Shown here: positions 61,007-64,000 of the stretch, piece by piece
Position numbering within the stretch: the first letter of the stretch is position 1
Layout of the letters: every line of letters starts with the position of its first letter
Origin: Podarcis muralis
Taxonomy: Eukaryota
Reading direction: 5' to 3'
Length of the DNA stretch: 64,000 nucleotides
NCBI RefSeq assembly: GCF_964188315.1
Contig: NC_135662.1
Coordinates: forward strand, 73,160,001-73,224,000
The notes under the pieces: model-generated
Told to the model about the DNA's origin: nothing
Database searches by the model: none
The model's input: only the letters and a program-made list of their open reading frames with translations
Position numbers and translations under genes: made by a program

Positions 61007-61486
61007 TTGCCAACAAAGAAAGGTCTGTATAGTTAAAGCTATGGTTTTCCCAGTAGTGATATATGGAAGTGAGAGCTGGACCATAAAGAAGGCCGATCGC
61101 CGAAGAATTAATGCTTTTGAATTATGGTGCTGGAGGAGACTCTTGAGAGTCCCATGGACTGCAAGAAGATCAAACCTATCCATTCTTAAGGAAATCAGCC
61201 CTGAGTGCTCACTGGAAGGACAGATCATGAAGCTGAGGCTCCAATACTTTGGCCACCTCATGAGAAGAGAAGACTCCCTGGAAAAGACCCTGATGTTGGG
61301 AAAGATGGAGGGCACAAGGAGAAGGGGACGACAGAGGATGAGATGGTTGGATAGTGTTCTCGAAGCTACCAGCATGAGTTTGACAAAACTGCGGGAGGCA
61401 GTGGAAGACAGGAGTGCCTGGCATGCTCTGGTCCATGGGGTCACGAAGAGTCGGACACGACTAAACGACTAAACAACAACAACAAC
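61007..61486 (+). mobile_element. BovB 3' fragment (ORF C-terminus plus (AAC)n tail)
   Basis: Translation KAMVFPVVIYGSESWTIKKADRRRINAFELWCWRRLLRVPW...GVTKSRTRLND; flanked by AATGGGT repeats. Confidence 0.93.
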
Positions 61487-61498
61487 AATGGGTAATAG

Positions 61499-61628
61499 CA
61501 GGGCTTTTTTTCCAGCTGGGCTGTGTGTTAAGGGAGGTGGGCTCAACAACTTTGGTTGTTGCTCCCCCTGAAAAAAGCTCAATAACTTTGGTTCCGACAC
61601 TTCTTTTTCTGTATATAAAAAAGTCCTG
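61499..61628. mobile_element. hAT-type MITE
   Basis: TIR CAGGGCTTTTTT/AAAAAAGTCCTG; possible TSD GGTAATAG/TATAATAG. Confidence 0.55.
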
Positions 61629-62702
61629 TATAATAGGACAACCCTGGACTCTGGACAACAGCTGCCAGGCAAAAGGAGACAGTGCCAGCCTAGAATGATG
61701 AATAGTTTGAGGTGGTAGAAGGTATCTTCCTATGTACTGTAGAATTTGCTACATAAGAGTAACCAACAGTGCCAAGCCTGTCCTTAGCCATTACATTAAA
61801 CCAGCCCTTGGATGTAGTTGGTAATAGCATTTTTTGTGGACATGAGATGTGGAATGTGTCAAATATTATTTCATTTCATTTACACTTGGGTCTTCCCACC
61901 TACAACTACCTATGGAAATATAATACTTTGTATTTGCTCTGTTGGGGACCCATTATTTTATAGATCTAGCATAGGTCATATCTATTTGTGTAGACCAAAG
62001 CGATGTTTGCAAATGTATATTGATAGGTGTTGTGTTGATTCCAGAAAGCGGCTGCTTGAGGATATCACTTTAATGAAGGCTGACCTCCTGAGCCTTGCAA
62101 CAATTGAGTTGGGCATGACAATTATTTATACTTGGCAGCAATCCATGATTTGTTGCCCAATTTTAGTTTTTGAATGTTCTCCGTGTGGCTCACGTGGACC
62201 TTACATCTCCCTCTGATTGCGTATTTCATATCCCATAAAATATTTGCAAACACCGAGGTCTTTAAAGGTGACCATTTTTAATCTAATCCAACTCACTGAA
62301 GTTTGCTTAGGCTTCACTAATGCAGTGTTCAGCTGGGAAAGGAGGGAAACAGAGTGATGACCTATATAGTTGTCATTACTTTTATTACTACTGGGACAAA
62401 GAGTATTGAAATTTTAAGTCCATAACCGTCTATGAAAAGAGGAAGAAAAGGATTGTTCCTTTGGGCCTCAGTTTGGAAGGAAGAGTAACTGAGTCACCTA
62501 AAGTGAAACAAAAGGGGAGTGGTTTGGAAAGGTAGTAAAATTAGTGTACCTTGTCTTTTACAGAATGATATTCCATGCTGAATAGACACTTGAATTGGAT
62601 CCAAAATATCCAAATGAAAAGGGGATAATTCATTGAAGCCTGAAAAGAAGTAGGACAGGTTGCCCAATACTTTATGTACAGTTAAGAACTGAAAAAATCT
62701 AA

Positions 62703-62891
62703 GGGCTCATCCACATTTCCGCTTATCATTAGAATCCATGAGTCTGAGCAGTTTTCCCCTTGCCTTTCCCAGGGAACAAATGGTAATCTGAGGAAAACCC
62801 AATTGTCATTTGCTCCAATTCATTGTTAAAGAGTGGTTTTCCCTGGGGGGGGGGGGAATGTAGTGGAACCAGAGCAGCTGTGGATAATCCC
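62703..62891. mobile_element. PIF/Harbinger-like MITE
   Basis: TIR GGGCTCATCCACA vs TGTGGATAATCCC; TAA on both flanks (62700-62702, 62892-62894). Confidence 0.65.
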
Positions 62892-62896
62892 TAAAC

Positions 62897-63148
62897 CATG
62901 GATAGCCAGACTAAGGCCCGGGGCCGGCCCCGGCCCAATTGCCTTCTAAATCCAGCCCACAAACAGTCTGGGAACCAGCCTGTTTTTACATGAGTAGAAT
63001 GTGTCCTTTTATTTAAAATGCACCTCTGGGTTCTTTGTGGGGCATGTGAATTTGTTCATTATTATTTTTCAAAATATAGTTTGCCCCCCCCACAAGGTCT
63101 GAGGGACAGTGGACCAGCCCCCTGCTGAAAAAAGTTTGCTGACCCCTG
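62897..63148. mobile_element. hAT-type MITE, left end degraded
   Basis: Right end AAAAAAGTTTGCTGACCCCTG; GGCCCG-rich left subterminal region. Confidence 0.55.
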
Positions 63149-63687
63149 CCCATACAAGTAGGAATTGCGTGAGTGGTGTTTAATATTCAATAGCAGGTAC
63201 AGATCACAACCCTGGGGTGTGGGGTCTTAACCTTCCCCCTCCCTCCATTTCAGATTAGCCTAGCCACTCCTATTTGAATTGGAAGGAAAGCTCCCATTCA
63301 TGCCAATGGAATTCAGATAATATGTGCAGGTAGGACCAAGGGTAGAGTCCCACATGCTATGGTCCTTATCTAGATGAGGGGCGCATGTCTGCTATTTAAT
63401 TTAACCCTTAGAAGGGTCTCCCATTGGCATTTGGCAGAGGTAGTGTGGAATCATTATTGCCATGCACTTGGCTGATGACCGATGGTGAAGGCTCACTAAA
63501 TTGTTAATGGACCTTTCTTCCTCATGCACAAATCCTTTCAGGGTAGCATAGAGAATCACAGGTTGTGCTCATGGTCTTTTATGCAGGGTTCTAACACCTA
63601 TACCAACTTACTCTTCTTTCAATAGCCCACTTAGCCCTGTACTTCTAGTTCCAGAACTTGCCTGGGATCTTAGGCTCAGGAATATTC

Positions 63688-63860
63688 AAAGCTGCCTTCG
63701 GTCAGACCCATGGTCCATTCAGCTCCATATCAACTACACGGACTGGCAGCAGCTCTCCAGGGTTTCAGACAGGCGTGTTCCCAGTCCTACTTGGAGGTCC
63801 CAGGGATTGAATCTTCTGCATCCAATGCAATTGCTCTACCACGGAGCTATGACCCTTCCC
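63688..63860 (-). mobile_element. Squam2-like tRNA-head SINE
   Basis: Antisense tRNA-like head (GCTCTACCACGGAGCTA; CCCAGGGATTGAA) with a CR1-like tail (GGTCAGACCCATGGTCCAT). Confidence 0.65.
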
Positions 63861-63888
63861 TGAGCTTCATTGGCTATATAGCTTTATA

Positions 63889-64000
63889 CAGTGGTACCTC
63901 AGGTTAAGTACTTAATTCATTCCGGAAGTCCGTACTTAACCTGAAACTGTTCTTAACCTGAAGCACCACTTTAGCTAATGGGGCCTCCAGCTGCTGCTGC
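63889..64000 (-). mobile_element. Tigger-like MITE, family A, cut by window end
   Basis: TA-CAGTGGTACCTCAGGTTAAGTACTTAATTC, same orientation as 33944. Confidence 0.85.

Overview
Vertebrate (eukaryotic) genomic DNA, almost certainly a squamate lizard. This is inferred from Sauria/Squam-type SINEs, BovB, L2, CR1 and L1; a lacertid is plausible but unproven. No host protein-coding gene, structural RNA gene or CRISPR array can be supported, so the window looks intronic or intergenic and is dense in transposable elements. The only long ORF (53156-56035, 959 codons) is an uninterrupted but 5'-truncated L1 ORF2 with reverse transcriptase, C-terminal Cys/His motif, poly(A) tail and 13-bp target-site duplication (TSD). 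The most striking structures are two independent Penelope-like inverted-repeat insertions carrying minimal hammerhead-ribozyme motifs: a 504-bp palindrome at 27902-28996 and a 73-bp one at 8821-8992. Other observations: a GGAGGGAAGTC motif shared by the 3' UTRs of three diverged L1 insertions, a recurrent hAT-MITE/L2-tail chimera, a burst of Tigger-like MITEs, solo-LTR-like elements, an unusually long SINE TSD, and weak microexon/enhancer candidates. Family names were assigned from recalled consensus features, not from database searches. A 315-nt assembly gap lies at 56946-57260.
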